DNA from: Podarcis pityusensis
Lineage: Eukaryota
Strand: one strand, 5' to 3'
Assembly: GCA_964106645.2 (NCBI GenBank)
Contig: OZ067045.1
DNA: 64,000 bases
Of this stretch, positions 36,144 through 49,800 are shown one piece after another. The stretch's first letter is position 1. Each line of letters begins with the position of its first letter. The translations under genes were made by a program, and so were the position numbers. The notes under the pieces are model-generated. The model had not been told where the DNA came from. It did no database searches and saw nothing but the letters and a program-made list of their open reading frames with translations.

Positions 36144-36330
36144 GGTGGCGACTGAGTCCCCTCTCCGGCTGCTGCCCAGGCTCGGAGTCGCCGCGTCTCC
36201 GAGCAACCGCCGCCCCGGCCTCGCGAGAGTTCCGGCTCCGCCGCGCCCGCCCCTGGCAACGGGCCCCAGCCCTAGCAACGGAGGCCCAGAAGCCCCACCC
36301 CTTGCCCGTTGTCAGCCTCATCCTCGCTTG
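36000..36330 (-). promoter_or_regulatory. GAS8 CpG-rich promoter with RFX X-box motifs
   Basis: CpG-rich segment with X-box GTCTCCGAGCAAC (36195-36207) and half-sites TGGCAAC (36254-36260) and TAGCAAC (36273-36279). RFX control is typical of motile-cilia genes. Confidence 0.65.
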
Positions 36331-39039
36331 CAGCCCTTGGAAGATGAACTGCTCCTTCTTCTGACTTGGGAGTAAGCCCTATGGGACTCTATGGGACTTC
36401 TAGGGCTGGGAAATGGTGGAGGCAGACCTTCCCAGTGATGCAGCAAAACAAGGAAGGTTTATGACTCAATTGGCTACGATGACGACAATAGCAATAAGAA
36501 TTCATTGAGGTCTAGTAAGCGCAGCTGCCCACCGCCGCCGCCACCTCTGCAGGTTTCCTTGCAGTTTCAGGTGGTGAGCTCTGTGGGAGCAGGGAAGCTG
36601 CCTCGCCGCCTGTGCAACCCTACAAGGCACCATGGAAGATGGCACAGTATGCATAAATGTATAAACAAGCAAGCAACCAAGTCGTTTTTATTGCTTTTAA
36701 TCACAGTCCATTGCAACGAAATAAAGTGACAGGAATAGGACAAGTATCAAAACACTAGAGGTTTAGATCAAGGAATTACCTGAACCATTTGCAGATGCTT
36801 ATTGAAAATATTTGCCCATTGCTGATTTTGCTGCAACTGTACTTTAGAACTAGGGGACCTCCTGGTATTGTTGTCTCCTTCTTGCGTTGCCTTTATCCAC
36901 TGACTATGTGTGACTGGGGCTGATGGGAGCTAGAATCCTGAAACATTTGGAGGGCCACATATTCCTCATCCCTGCCTTATGCCCTCACACCCTCTTGAGT
37001 AACCACCAATTTGAGTCTGGGATGCTAGAGCTCAGCCCAGAAAAATGTCCACTGAGAACAAGGAAAATGCCTCTGGGTATGTGCAGAGCACATTTCTTTA
37101 ACCACTAGTTAACCTGTTTCTCAATTGCAATCTGAGATTAGGAGGGGCTATCACCAAGGTGGTGGTAGGGGGAATCAGGAGGAGGAGCAGAAAGTGTCTG
37201 AGCCAGGAAACAGGATGAGGAGTGATTTAGGCAGAGGCAATGAGAGGAGAGGCAGGTGGAGTCCAATTACAGGCCTCCTCAGCTTTGCCTGCTGAGCTCT
37301 TGAAGTTTGTTTTAATCTCCAAGGCTGAAACAATGGCCTCACATTTAGCCTTGACCCCAATCGCCTTGTGTTAATTACCCAGAAGCCCCATCCTCTAGCT
37401 AAATTGCTTGGTTGCCCAGGCTAAGAGGCTTCCCTTCATCAGCTCTGTCCACCTGTGCACCCTTAGCCCACTGGGGGGGTCGTCTGTCATGGCATTGTTC
37501 CCTCTGGTACTGATGGTAGAAGCTATTTGTGTACTGTACCCAGGATGGACCACTTGGACCTCCCCAGAGAGGCCAGGGACATGCAGCTCCTGCATTAGCC
37601 AACCTTTCCAAACCTGGATTAAAGCTCCCATCACCTCCAGCCAGCAGAGCTGCAGGATGCTGGGGGCTGATGGGAGCACAGCTGTGCTGGCTGGAGTTGA
37701 CAGGAGTTGCAAGTCAAAATATCTAGAGGATCCAAGCTGGGGAAGGCTGGTCTTGACCCTAAGTGAGTAACATTTGTTGAGATTCATGTGGTGAGAAGGA
37801 AGGAAACGGGTAAGCAAGCAAAGTGACCCCACCAGTGAAAAAGGGTGACCTACTGCTTCACACAGCTATGTGGAGAGCACTTCTGACAGTGTGAAGAGTG
37901 CACTTGCAGGGTCAACTAATCAACCAGTATTTTATTGAGTTATTTGATTTGTATTTATTCTATGGTGGAACTAAAGGATTTCTGACAGTGGCTGGATTCC
38001 AGGAAACATTGGGACCCAGTTGCCTAGCTTAGGATGCTATGCATTGCCTATGGCACATTGATTCCCACTATTCGCTTTCACCCTGAGCCTGCTAGAGCAG
38101 TGTTTAGACTTCTGCCTTCTGCTTCAGTCCTGCACAGATACCTTGTTCCAGGAAGACAACAGCCAGGGGGTTTCTCCTGTTGGCATTGCTTAATTGGGGC
38201 TTTCCGCTTGGATTTGCGCCTGGATCTGTTTTTAGAAGCTCTTGCTTGGGGGTGGGGTGGAGTAGAGTGGGGTGGGATAAAGAAAATGGAGGTTTTGTAG
38301 CCAGAGACTGGAATAAAAGCCTAGTGCAGCTCAGCTGGCAGAGATGCCAGCTTCCCTCCACTCCCCGCTGGGGACATGGGAGGTGCAAAGCACGACTGCT
38401 GAGAAAGAAGCTTCTCTGTGGCTCTTCCAGAAAAAAAAGAAAAGCAAATTTCCATCTGGGCTTGCTGGTTCCCCAGGGATACTGAGCCTGGTGGGAGACA
38501 GACGGTTCTTAATGTCTACACAGAGAAGTGGTGCTGTCCTAGGGAGCCCAAAAATTTATTGGGGGTGCAGTAAATTCGTAATAGGAGCCTTGCTGGATGA
38601 GATCAAATGCCCATCTACTTCCACATTCTGTTCCCACAGTGGCCAGCCACGTGCCCCAATGGGAAGCCCAGAAGTGGAACATAAGTACAACAGGAGCTGT
38701 TTCCCCACCTGTGACTCCTATCAGCTGCATCTGATCCTGTACACGGCCATCATGATCAGCAGTCCTGGGCAGCCTTATTCTCTATGAATTTCTTGCAGTG
38801 CTCAGTCTGATGCCCACAGGCATCATCTTCGTTCCACCCTCAAACCCACAACTCCCAGCCCTCCCTTCTGTTGCCCCACCCAGCAACTGAAATGCTCTGG
38901 TAGACTGTCCCTGAAACTGGAGGTTTTTCGTTCTTAGCAACAGACTTCCCCATAAGAATGTCAAAACAAGGCTAAGCTTCTGGGTCAGACCAAGGGCTGT
39001 CTTCACCCAGTGCTGTCTCCGGGGTCCTCACAAGAAAAG

Positions 39040-40760
39040 AGTGAAGGCCGCGCAGCGCCCTCGCCCCGCCTCTCTGAAGGAGGCCTCTGTCTCTGCTCCT
39101 CCCTGGCCATGGGTCCAAGTGCCCCGCTGCAAGCCTGCCACCCAGAAGGTCTCTTCCCTTGACTTCAGCGGGATTGCGCCGGGAACTCTGCACGTGCTCA
39201 GAGGCGCTCGCCTTTTCGACGTTCCAGGGTTTCGCGAGGCGGTCGGGGAAGGTTCCGGAGGGAGCCGAACGCCCAAGTCAGCCCAGCAGCCCGCTGGGTG
39301 AGCCGGTGGTGCGGACCGGCGGGCGGGCCATTCGCTCGCTGGCGCGGCCGCCTCCCGCGCACCCCGCCCCCGTCCCCTCCCCTCGCCCAGTGCCTAGCGG
39401 CGCTCCTCGACGGCCGAGGTGGGGGGCTGCCGCCGCGGCCGCCGCTGCTCTGCTGCGCCTGCCTTCCTGCCTCGCCCCCCGCCCGAACCGGCCGGCCGGG
39501 CCCGCTCCTGCTCCTCCCCGGCGATGAGCGCTCGGGCTGCTGGCGCGGCTGGTGCAGTGACCAGAGCGGCGCGCACGGAGGCGGCGACGGCTCGTCAGGC
39601 GGAGGAGCGCACGAGCGCAGCGGCTGCAGCAGCCCGGACGCATGGAGGGGCCGGGAGGGGCCGCCACCCCGGGTAAGTGCGCCGCTCGCGACGGAGGACG
39701 CAGCCCCAGCGGGCGCCCTCGCTCCCTCCCTTGGTGGATCGCTGGAGCAAGTGGGGCCGCCGCCCCGCTGCCGCGGTGAGGGGCTCCGTCTCGCCTGCAG
39801 CGGGCGCTGCTGCGCAGGAGCTGCCCGAACGGGCAGGAGGGCGCCTCGGACGCTCCGAGGGGGCAGTTGGACGGGGCCGCTAGCCTCTCCCTCCCCGCGC
39901 TGGCCAGGAAGGGTCCCCAAGTGGATTGACCAGTCCCCGGCCGCGAATCATAGGGATCACCCGGCCGGTGGCTAGTTGGTGGTGACTCGGGCGAAGGGCG
40001 CCTTGGGGATCCCCAGCGCGCGCACCCAACTTAGGCGAGGAGCCGCGGAGTGTGTCCGCCGAGGATGGATGGGGCGCGCAGTGGGGTGTGACCGGAATGC
40101 TCCCGGAGTGGAGTCTGGACCTCTGGGCCGGGGAGGGTGTGGCTGCCTTGGGCGCGGTGCGGAGGTCGCGTTTGGGCACGTTTGTCCATTGCCGCTTTGC
40201 AAGAGGCTCCGAGGTGATGCTTGCTTGGAGGGCACGGCGGAGCTGGCTGCCTTGCGGGGCGCCTGCTTGGCACTTGGGGCTGCAAGTAGCCTGGCCGGCT
40301 GCTTTAAGTGGAGCGGGAGGGAGGCAGCAGTACCAGGGGTCTTGCCCATGGCAAGTAGGCTGCGCGCTCTCCACTTTGCTCTAGGCTGGAGAAAGATCTC
40401 TTCCCTATCCCTCCTAGAAGCAGGCAGAAGGTCTCTCAGCTGCCCCAGCTGTGACAGCTCTCGAGGGTATCGTCCTGTGCCACATCTGGAGCCCAGCAGG
40501 CGAGGAAAGGCAGCCCAGCAGCCCGATGCCCTGGCCAGCTTCCCCTGACTGGTTCTCCGCTGCTGGAGGGAAGCGCCTCCTCGCTGCTGCCCTGCCGCTG
40601 CTGCCCTGCCGCTGGGAAGATGCTGAGATAGGCCCAGCATCGGAACCCGCAACGAGGGCCCCCTTGTGCTTCACAAGGGCTCAGGATGGGGCGAGTTGGC
40701 CCAGGACCCCGCCGGGCTTTGCTTGTTTTTAATTATAGGCCTCGCGCAAGAGCGCCCTTG
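39040..40760. promoter_or_regulatory. CpG island of DBNDD1 (divergent from GAS8)
   Basis: Very GC/CpG-rich stretch spanning DBNDD1 exon 1. Confidence 0.8.
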
Positions 40761-43700
40761 AGCATGTGCAGAGTTCCTGCCACTTTTCGCTGAATAAACT
40801 CAATCAGCACCCTCCCCAAGGCTTGAGCTGCTGATTGATGCGTGTCTTGCCCTTTTACCCCAACTCTCTTAGCCACTAGCAGGGGGCGGGAAGGGGTACT
40901 GAATAATATTGGAGAGACAAAGCGCGAATTTCATTCAGGCCCCTGCTACCTTCCTCCTCCCCTCACTCCACTCCATACACATTTATGGAAAGGCTTCCAT
41001 CTCTGACTGGCCTGATTCCTGGCAGCTCTTGCTTTGAGTATCCGCAGCCAGCCATCCTCGTACCAAACGCGCAGCTACCATCAGTCCAGGCCCGGTGACC
41101 TGGAGCGCCTTTCACGTAATATGAGTCAGCAGCAGTTGTGAGAATCTCCACACGCCCCCCCTCCTCCAAGCCCCCTTCCTTCAGCTGGAGGGGGCAGGCT
41201 GGGAGAGGAGCTGAGATGATGGGAGTTGAGAGAAGCAGGTAGGCTCCCTCCTTTTGGGGGGGAGGATGTAGATTGGGGAGGGGGCTGCAGGGGGAAGGGG
41301 CAGCCAGCGCAGAGCAGCTGGGGTGATTTCCCCAGACAGCTCCAGTCCTTCCAACTCAACAGTCACCAGCAAATTCTCCTAATTGGATTCCCTCTCAACA
41401 TTCTCCGTTAGGGATGTTGTCAGATTTAGGAGCCTCAGAAGAAAGATGCAATTTCTGAATCTGGCAAGCAGATGCTTAACATTAATGCCTTATAATGCAT
41501 CGGCATGATTTTAACAGTTAAAGGCGCACACATTTTCAAACCTGATTCCAAGATCTGGCCAGAGGCATTTCATCAGACACCCAGGGATGGCTCTAGTATA
41601 GTTGGAGTTAGCAGAACCTCTCCTGCTGGAGTCCAGCCCTGGGGTGCCACTTTACATACACAAGGGCTGGCGCAGACCAGCCTCCTATTGGCACAGATAG
41701 GTGAGGAATATATTGAGCAGGAGGAGTCCAGGCATTCATTGGCAGGAGCAGCAAGGAACTTTTTTCTCTCTCTCAAGGCAGGGGCCTCCTTCCCTAGGGT
41801 GATCTGTGGGGTCTATATACTGTTGGTTGGCAAAACAGATAACAGCAGTGGGTGGGGCCAGGGTCAAAAATGGGCAGTGACATCTCCTTTTCTTTCTCTC
41901 CTTGCTATCTATTTCCCCCACTGCTGCCTATTTTCTCTCTCACTTTTAGGCACCCCTTCTTCTCCACCTCTCTCTATCTCCAGCAGCCCCTTCTCCCCTC
42001 TCCCCTGCCTACCACTGTCTCTTTCTGGCACCCTTTGTTCTCTCTGTCTTTTTGACATCCTCCCCCCCCCCCCGTCTTTTTCTGACACCCTTCCTCTCTC
42101 TTTCTGACACCCCTCTTCTTGCTTCCTCTCCCTCTCCACCCAGCAGACTGGGTGGAGGAACAGATCCCTCTTGTCAGAGGCCTGAACTGATGGCTTGCAG
42201 AGTGTTTTTGCAATGAGCCTGAGAGCCACAGGTTTTCCCTGCCCCTGCTTTGCAGCCTACATTTCTGACACAGAAGAGGCAACAGAGGGAGGGAAGGGAG
42301 ATGGAGACTGGTGGGGTAGATGGAGAAGGATATGCATTCATTTCAGAGGAAGCAGAAGAGATCATAAAAGCAGCAGGCACATGAGAATACAAAACCTTAT
42401 CTAAAACTCTTTTGTTAGAGATAGAAACGCGCTATGAAGGAATGATTTTTGCATTATGGTGCTCCATTGGGGAGCAAGCAGAAATAAGATCCTTTAACAC
42501 AGCATCTCCCTTCTTTCCTGCCCCCCCACCCCCAGCAGCAGGAATGACCCAAAAATTTCCTTATTAACAGTGCATATCCTCCTTTAGAGAAATAAATCTG
42601 ACATTTAGATGTGGCTGTTACTAGTGACCTCCTGAGTCTGGGCTACTGTGTTTGTTTTGAGCCACTCAAAAGCATGTCAGTGATATTTCAAAAAGGAACC
42701 AAGGCTTAAGGATGTCATTACTGTAAAGAAGAAAAGAGGATCCTGGCTCAGACTGGCAACTTCTGCTCAGCAAGAAGAGTTGCGGGGAATTGTTGTCCTT
42801 TCCCCTAGACTGGAATAACATGTGAATCTATATAATAATACACATACACAAGCCAAGAGTTGGCAACTTGGCACCCATGAGCACAATGGCACCCTTGAGG
42901 TCTTGCTTGGGTGTCCACAAAGGCTTTTGGCCTACCCACCCACATTCACTGTCTTATTGCCTGTGAAGTTGTGAGGGGGGTGGTCCTACTTTCTCCCCCT
43001 TGAAAAGTGTATAGCTATAGCACTAAAGGAGGAAGTTGGAAGAATGTTGCTCTTTCCCACATCCTCTTTCACTTCTATGTGTTTTTCAAGGCTCAGATTA
43101 CGTATTTTATTTAGATCCTTTGGAAAAGCAGAACGCATATGTGTGTGTGTGAGCATTTCCACTCTTTCTGTCTCTCGGGATGGGGGCTGTTCTAGGGAGA
43201 GACGGGATAAGAGGCATTGGCACGCCCTCAAAATTCCAGATGTGCCCAGAAAATGGTTCCTATGCCAGGTTTCAGCTGCAGAATGAGGAACATGTTCAGC
43301 ACCTCTGAACATGTGCAGAGAATATTTTGTTTACCACTGGGATGCAGCAAATCCCCAAATACTTAGCTGGTTAAACATCTGTCTTAATTTTGTTTAGATT
43401 GGTTTTTATTGGTTATTAAGATGATTTTAAATGGTTGCATTGGTGGCCACTTTACCAGGAAAGCAGACTACATATGTACGCAGAAAATTAACCAGCAAAA
43501 TCAACAAACCAATGGGGGTGAGTTTCAAGACAAACCGTAGCCCTGGTACTTCTCTTTTCTGGAGGAAAAAAGCACTCCCTACTGGAGCTGTTTGTAAGGT
43601 GGAATCTGCTGATCACCACGAGCTGCTGCAGGTTAAACAGGCAATTCTGACTCAGCAAGGAGTTCTGCAACCTGTAGAATGGGTTGGATGAAATGCAAAG

Positions 43701-43994
43701 AGTTTGGACAGAATCCAGACACAGTTAAATAAACAGCTCTGTTTGGGCTAGGAGAAAAGCGTGTTTGTTCTGTCTCTACTGTTGGAAAAGGACAGTGGAT
43801 GCTCTTGGATGTTGGGGGCCTCCTTTGAAATGAGCATCACCTCTGCTGGCAGTGCTGCACCCCCAAAGCCCCTTCATGACTCTTAGGTTAAAAAACAACC
43901 AGATTGTTACCCGCACTAGTCCATGTATTCCCCAGGGCCCCATCATCCCAATCAAATAGATCAGAGCATGCTGACTGCAGAACTGGCAAAGAAG

Positions 43995-44025
<31 letters not shown>

Positions 44026-46842
44026 TTTGGATCCATGGCTTGATTGCTCACAAGTAGTTTGGGAGGCATTCTCAAACCCCAAATGTTGTCAGCAGCTCAG
44101 GAAAAGAAGATGTTGCTCTCACTGAAATTCCCCCTTTCACTGCCCTTGCTTTGAGCTGGCTAAATGGAGACTTCTTGTTCTCTCTGCTCAATGCTAATAG
44201 TTTCATTGCCCCTGGAGCAAGCAAGGGCTGTGGGCTCCCTTTCCCCTTAGCTCCAGTCCATTAGGGAATATTGCCCCTCGCTTCATTCAGTGCTGCTAGT
44301 ACATCTCTATTGGGAATCAATGCCCAACTCCCCCACCCTCCTCCTGCTGGGCACATTGCGCTGCTGCTGCACATCTGTGGATGAGAGGAGGAGGCATGGA
44401 AATTAAAGAGCACTTTGTTTTTCCAGCGTGATGTGCAGGGATGCTATAGCAAAATTCTGTAAGTGCACATATACACGCACACTTGCAATCATGTAAGGGT
44501 ACGTTGGAGGACTCAAATTCAGGACACAAGTGCTGGAGGAGGGTAGTTTTGTGGGGGAGAGTGAAGTAAAAAACGAGAGCAGCGTTGACCATGGATCTTC
44601 CCAGCACATCAACATGCATGCTTAGCTAGCTGGGATTTGCATTTATGTTCTGGGTAACAGCACCAACATCCTGCCTGTTAATGAGCGGGTAGGACCCAGC
44701 CTGCCAATCATTTGTGGCACAAACCTCATGTGCCCCTGTTGTAGGGTGCCAGTTGCCTGATAGCTGGCACGGTGCTGGGGCAGTGCCTGTGTGTGGCCTT
44801 GGCACAATGGATGAGGCGGAGAGTGATTTCCCAAGCTCAGAGGTTCTGCTTTTCTGTGTCTCTCTAGCTGAGCCCTTTATATGAGTGTACTGTGCAGACA
44901 CAGCCTTTCTGGCACCAGCCATGATGTAAAGAGGGAGAGGGGGCACACATGCAAAGTCCTGGCACCTGGGGAGGGTCATGTGTACCACAACAAGCCCCTG
45001 ACTTAGCTGCCAACACTGGGCAAAGTGAACGTCTCATCAGAGCATCTGGGGAGACCTGAGCTATGACCTGCAGGGAACACCAAAGAATAGGATTTACTAC
45101 AGGAGCCTTCCCCAACCTGGTGCCCTCCAGCTGTTTTGGACCACAATTCTCATCATCCCCAGCCAGTGCTGCTGATGGGAATCATACACCAAAACAGCTG
45201 GAGGGAATCAGGTTGGGGAAAGCTGCTGGCTCAGAGTCTCTCGTTGTGTGACTGTTCTAGACTCTTGTGCAATTGCATTGCTGGGATTACCTGCACATAC
45301 CGAAGCCAAGGCTGCTGGCATGTCTTCCAACCCTTGGGTACAAAACTGATGGCTATGGAGTAGGGGGTCAGTGGGGAGACATCTGAGCACACACAGCCCA
45401 TGGCTCACAGTCAGGACAGTGGCTCTGGTGGCATCTTCCTTCCTCCTGACAGACCAGCCTTTGTTCTGGGTCTGCCTGCCGGCCTGCTCTCAAACAGACC
45501 AGTCTTTTGTCATTGCAACTCCCAGCAGCAGCTGGTTCCTTAGGAGGAGCCCCAGGTTCTTGGTACCCATCTGTAAATTGCCCTGGGAGAAAGTGCCAAC
45601 CTTTCTTCCTTTGCCACTCTTCAGGCAAAGCCAGCTGCTGCGCTTCCTGTTTTGTCCCACACCTCTCTGGGTAGCTCTAGGAGTCCTTTTAGAGTTATGA
45701 GGCAGGGGGGGCTTAATACTGGGGAAGGGGGAGATAAGGCCCTTCCCCCTTTCCTGGATGAGCTCTTCATCCAAGGCTGAGCAAACAGAAGAAAGGGCAA
45801 GGAGAAGGAAGGAAACAAGGGCTAGGGAGGGGTGTATCAGGTGTCTGCCTACGCAAACACAGCCCCTTTGTTAATAGCCTCACAGCTGCAAAGAGCCTCT
45901 TGCGGCAGATTGTGCAGATTTGCTCATTTACCCCCTTTTTCAGTTTGGGGTGCCCATCCTAGAAGAAAGCTGCACAATGATGCTTTGAAGCCTGGATATC
46001 TCAGTTGGTTAGAGCGTGGTGCTGATAATGCCAAGGCTGCAGGTTCGATCCCTGTATAGGATAAGGTTACGAGATGTCCCCGTTTCCCGGGGACAGTCCC
46101 TGGATTTACAGCTTTCTCAGCATTCACATGTACATAGCAAACAATAAGTGTCCCCGGATTCATTTTAAAAATCTGGTAACCTTAGTATAGGACAGCTGCC
46201 TATTCCTGCATTGCAGGGGGTGGGACTTAGATGATCCTCCGGGTCCCTTCCAACTCTACAATTATATGATTCTAAGACCATGAGCCCGCAGAGGTGCATC
46301 TGTGTGGCTTGGCTTGGCCTGAACGGGAGCCACATAAAGAGGGAAATGGGAAGGGAAGATGAGAGGACAAAGACCACAGGGGTATTGCAGGTTGGCATTC
46401 CAATTACGTAAAAAAGAGGGCACAGATTTCCATATGAAATTTTATATGTATGGATGTACAGCCAGGCGTCCTTTTCTCATAGTAGCTACCCAGATGTCAG
46501 TGGGGAACCCTCAAGCAGAAGCTGAGCCCAAGAGCCCTCTCCTCACTTTGATTCCCAGCAACTGCTGTTCAGAAGCAGGTTGCCTCTGACTGTGGAGGCA
46601 GAGCATGGCCATCGTGGCTAGGAGTCACTGACAGACTTACCATCCATGAATCTGGAAGGCCTTTGGTTGGCAGAGGCTTGGTTAAGGGCTTGGAGCCGAA
46701 CAGAAAGCTATTAAGGAGTGAGGCTGCAGGAGGAACCTGCAGGAAGAGCAACAGCAAATATCTTAAGCTGAAGTTTAAGTGGCAGAACCGTGGGAGACGC
46801 TTTTGACATGGTGCCAGTCTCTGCTAGATGCAAGGAGGGGAT

Positions 46843-46881
<39 letters not shown>

Positions 46882-49800
46882 GGGAGACAGCCAAGTTGCA
46901 GCTAGACATGGTTGACGCGGCAGGCTGGATTAATCCTTGCATCCGAATTCAGCACAGGAGGGTGAAGAAATGCAAAAATGGAGAGCCAAAGAAAAGAGGA
47001 ATGCTGTAGCTCAGCCGAACGGTGATCCAACACCTGAGCTTTGGTAGAAGCGGGAGGTGGAAGTTGTTCCTTGGTTTCTCATCTGCCATGAATAAGTTGC
47101 AGGAGTGGCCTGGATAAGGAGCTGGAGTTTAAGGACAGAGAAGCATTAGAAAAGCCTGTCCATCATCCTGTTCTCACAGTGGCCAATGAGGTGCCTGTGG
47201 GAAACCCTCAAGCAGAACCTGAGTGCAATAGCACCCAGCAAGTGGTCTTCAGAAGCATTACAGCCTCCGACTGTGGAGGCAGAACCATCGTGGCTAGTAG
47301 CCATCCAGGCTGGTGGTCAGTTTAGGGGTCTGTTCCCAGAATTCGCTGCAGAAACAAAGGGCAGTCCCGCTCAGTTTCCTTCCTGCCAATTGGGGGGGGG
47401 GGGCTTGTATGGGAAACAGGCCTCTCCTACCTGTTGGCCACCAAGCCTAACTGTATCCACCTGAACTGAAAAGGGATGCTGATGCCGGGTGGGTCTGATC
47501 AGGCCTGCGTAGTGATTCTCCCTCTGCTCTCCTACCATGTCTCCTGTAAGCAGATGCAATCCTTTGTCGTTTCAGAGCTGATTAAAGGGGCCCAAACGCC
47601 AGAGCGGCTGGCCCCCATTATTGTACCCATACATGGACTGGTGGAAGAGCCCCACAGCCCCCCTGCGGAGGAAGAAGGAGGGATCCCAATCCCCACTTCC
47701 GGGCTGCTGCAGGTTGCGGAGCGCAGGCGTAAGTAAAACCTGGAAGGAAGGAGTTGGCTCTCTGCTGGCTGTAGGAGAAGGCAAAGAGCTTTCTGGGCCC
47801 CTAGCCCAGCTCAGCAACTCCCACTGAGACCCTGGACTCCCTTACAGCTGCATCTCCTGGGAGCTGCAGAAAGGCCCACCTGGGAGCTTACCACAAATAA
47901 GAAGCATACTTTGCATTCATTTAAAGTGCAGAGGCTAAAAGGCTGAGCTACGGAATCAGGAAAGTCCCTGGCTCAAATCTTGCCTCTGCCATTAACTCGC
48001 CAGTGTTCCCTCTCCGGCCTCAGTCTGCAGACCATCTGCAGTGTGGGGAGGGCATGTCCGAGTCCAGGACAACTGACCCTATCATATGTTCCCACACTGC
48101 CTAACTGGTCATGGTTCTCACTGACATCTTGTCTCCACAGAACCTTTGAGCAGCGTCTCCTCCCTCGAGGTGCACTTTGACCTTCTGGACCTAACTGAGC
48201 TTACAGACATGTCTGACCAGGAGCTGGCGGAGGTCTTTGCTGACTCCGATGATGAGAACACAGGCAATGAATCCCCTGCTGGTAAGCGTGCTCTCTTGAT
48301 TGAATCTTAAACCAATTAATTATGCAAGCTTTAAAATGGAGGAACTAATTAGTCAATTCCAACTGCATACATCTGCATAGACCTAAGATAGCTCCAAAGG
48401 CTGGGGGAGAAACATGTTGGGATTCAAAAGAGGGATCAGCAAGCTGTGGCCCTTGAAATGTTGCTGGACTACAACTCCTATCATCCTTGACAAAAGAGTG
48501 CAAGACGAGACTGCTGGGTCGAGCCAACGGCTGTAGATCTAATGATCAATGTGGCACTCATCCTGCTAGGCATGTGGGCAGAGGCAACAGTCATATAAAT
48601 TGGCTTTGCAAAGCAGCTGAGCAAGTGCCTTATCCTGGGGGGGGGGGGTGTCAGCTGACACCTTTCCACCCATCCCACCCTCTAGGAATCTCACTTGCAA
48701 GTGTGAGATTACTTAGGAGAAGCATATCTGGAGAGGCGACTCTGCTCTCCAGTTTTGATCCTAGAAATTTTTCTAACCACAAACAAAGTTGCCGTTTCTG
48801 CAGCTTCGTAGAATGCTTTCCTTTTTATACCATAGTTCCTGCTGGCCAGGATTAATGTTGTTACCCCATTCAGTAGGATTTTATTGATTTCAGTATAATT
48901 CTGGTCTGTTGTTCCCCTCCCCAGGCTTTAAGTTTAACAAGAAGCAGTTCAGACATGATGCCACAAAGGGCCTAAGCATCAGATGTATGCCCTGAGATCT
49001 GTTGCCTTCCAACCTAAAGCATATTCATTTGCAAAATGGCAACTCTGTATGGTGGCTTACGGCTCCGTAAAGTATGTTTCTGTACTCAGGTGCCCTAATT
49101 TCTTTTTTCTTTTTCGTCATGCATCTAATTCTCAAAATTACTTTTTAAAAAACTGTTGATGTGCAGTGCACAAGAGTGAGTCTATGAGGCCCAATTCTTG
49201 CAGCGCAATCTTATCCATCTCTAGCCAGAGGTAAGTCCCACTGAGTTCTATGGTGCTTACTCCCAGTTAAGTGGGAACAGGATTGCAAACAGAGTAAGAT
49301 GTTTTTAATCAGCTAGGCAAGATCTAGGGCACAAAGACTAGGGCAGTGGCGGGGGGAAGAGTGCCTGGCAACTGCCTTGTGGGGCTTGCACATCACCCCA
49401 GGCAGAGCTGCTGCAGCAGAAAGGTCACCTGAGCCAATCAACCCCACCTGTGATGATAAGGAACCTAAGCATGGAGTGACAGTGTGAAATCTGCTTAATC
49501 AAGCATGCCGGTAGGGGTGTGTGTGCGCCTCATTAAGCAGCCCAGCTGTGCCAAGAGTCTCAGAAAACAGATAGCATTTGACAGGTGTCTCAGAAAGGGA
49601 GACACTTTGGCTTAGAGGATGTTCTCTTTGATTGTGGAAAATATCAAGCTTCTCCCTGGGGCAAGCTGGTTCTCCTCTTAGTGATGATGTCCTCATTATC
49701 TGCTCGAGGATGATGCACAAGCTATTGCTCTAGGGAGGGCTTGTGCACTGTGTGTGTAGGGAGGAGGGAGGGCTCCCCCATCCCATGATTCCAGGCCCTC

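Noticed and set aside
39028-40732. Many overlapping 100-240 aa ORFs (also at 6692-7435 and 11588-12057)
   Set aside because: Stop-poor GC-rich CpG island or transposon sequence giving low-complexity Pro/Ala/Arg/Gly translations with no recognisable domains.
43997-44024. CAG run as a possible polyQ/polyA coding tract
   Set aside because: Lies within DBNDD1 intron 1 with no supported exon.
45990-46061. tRNA-like sequence
   Set aside because: Continues into a CR1-type tail and has a degenerate acceptor stem; it is a SINE head, not a tRNA gene.
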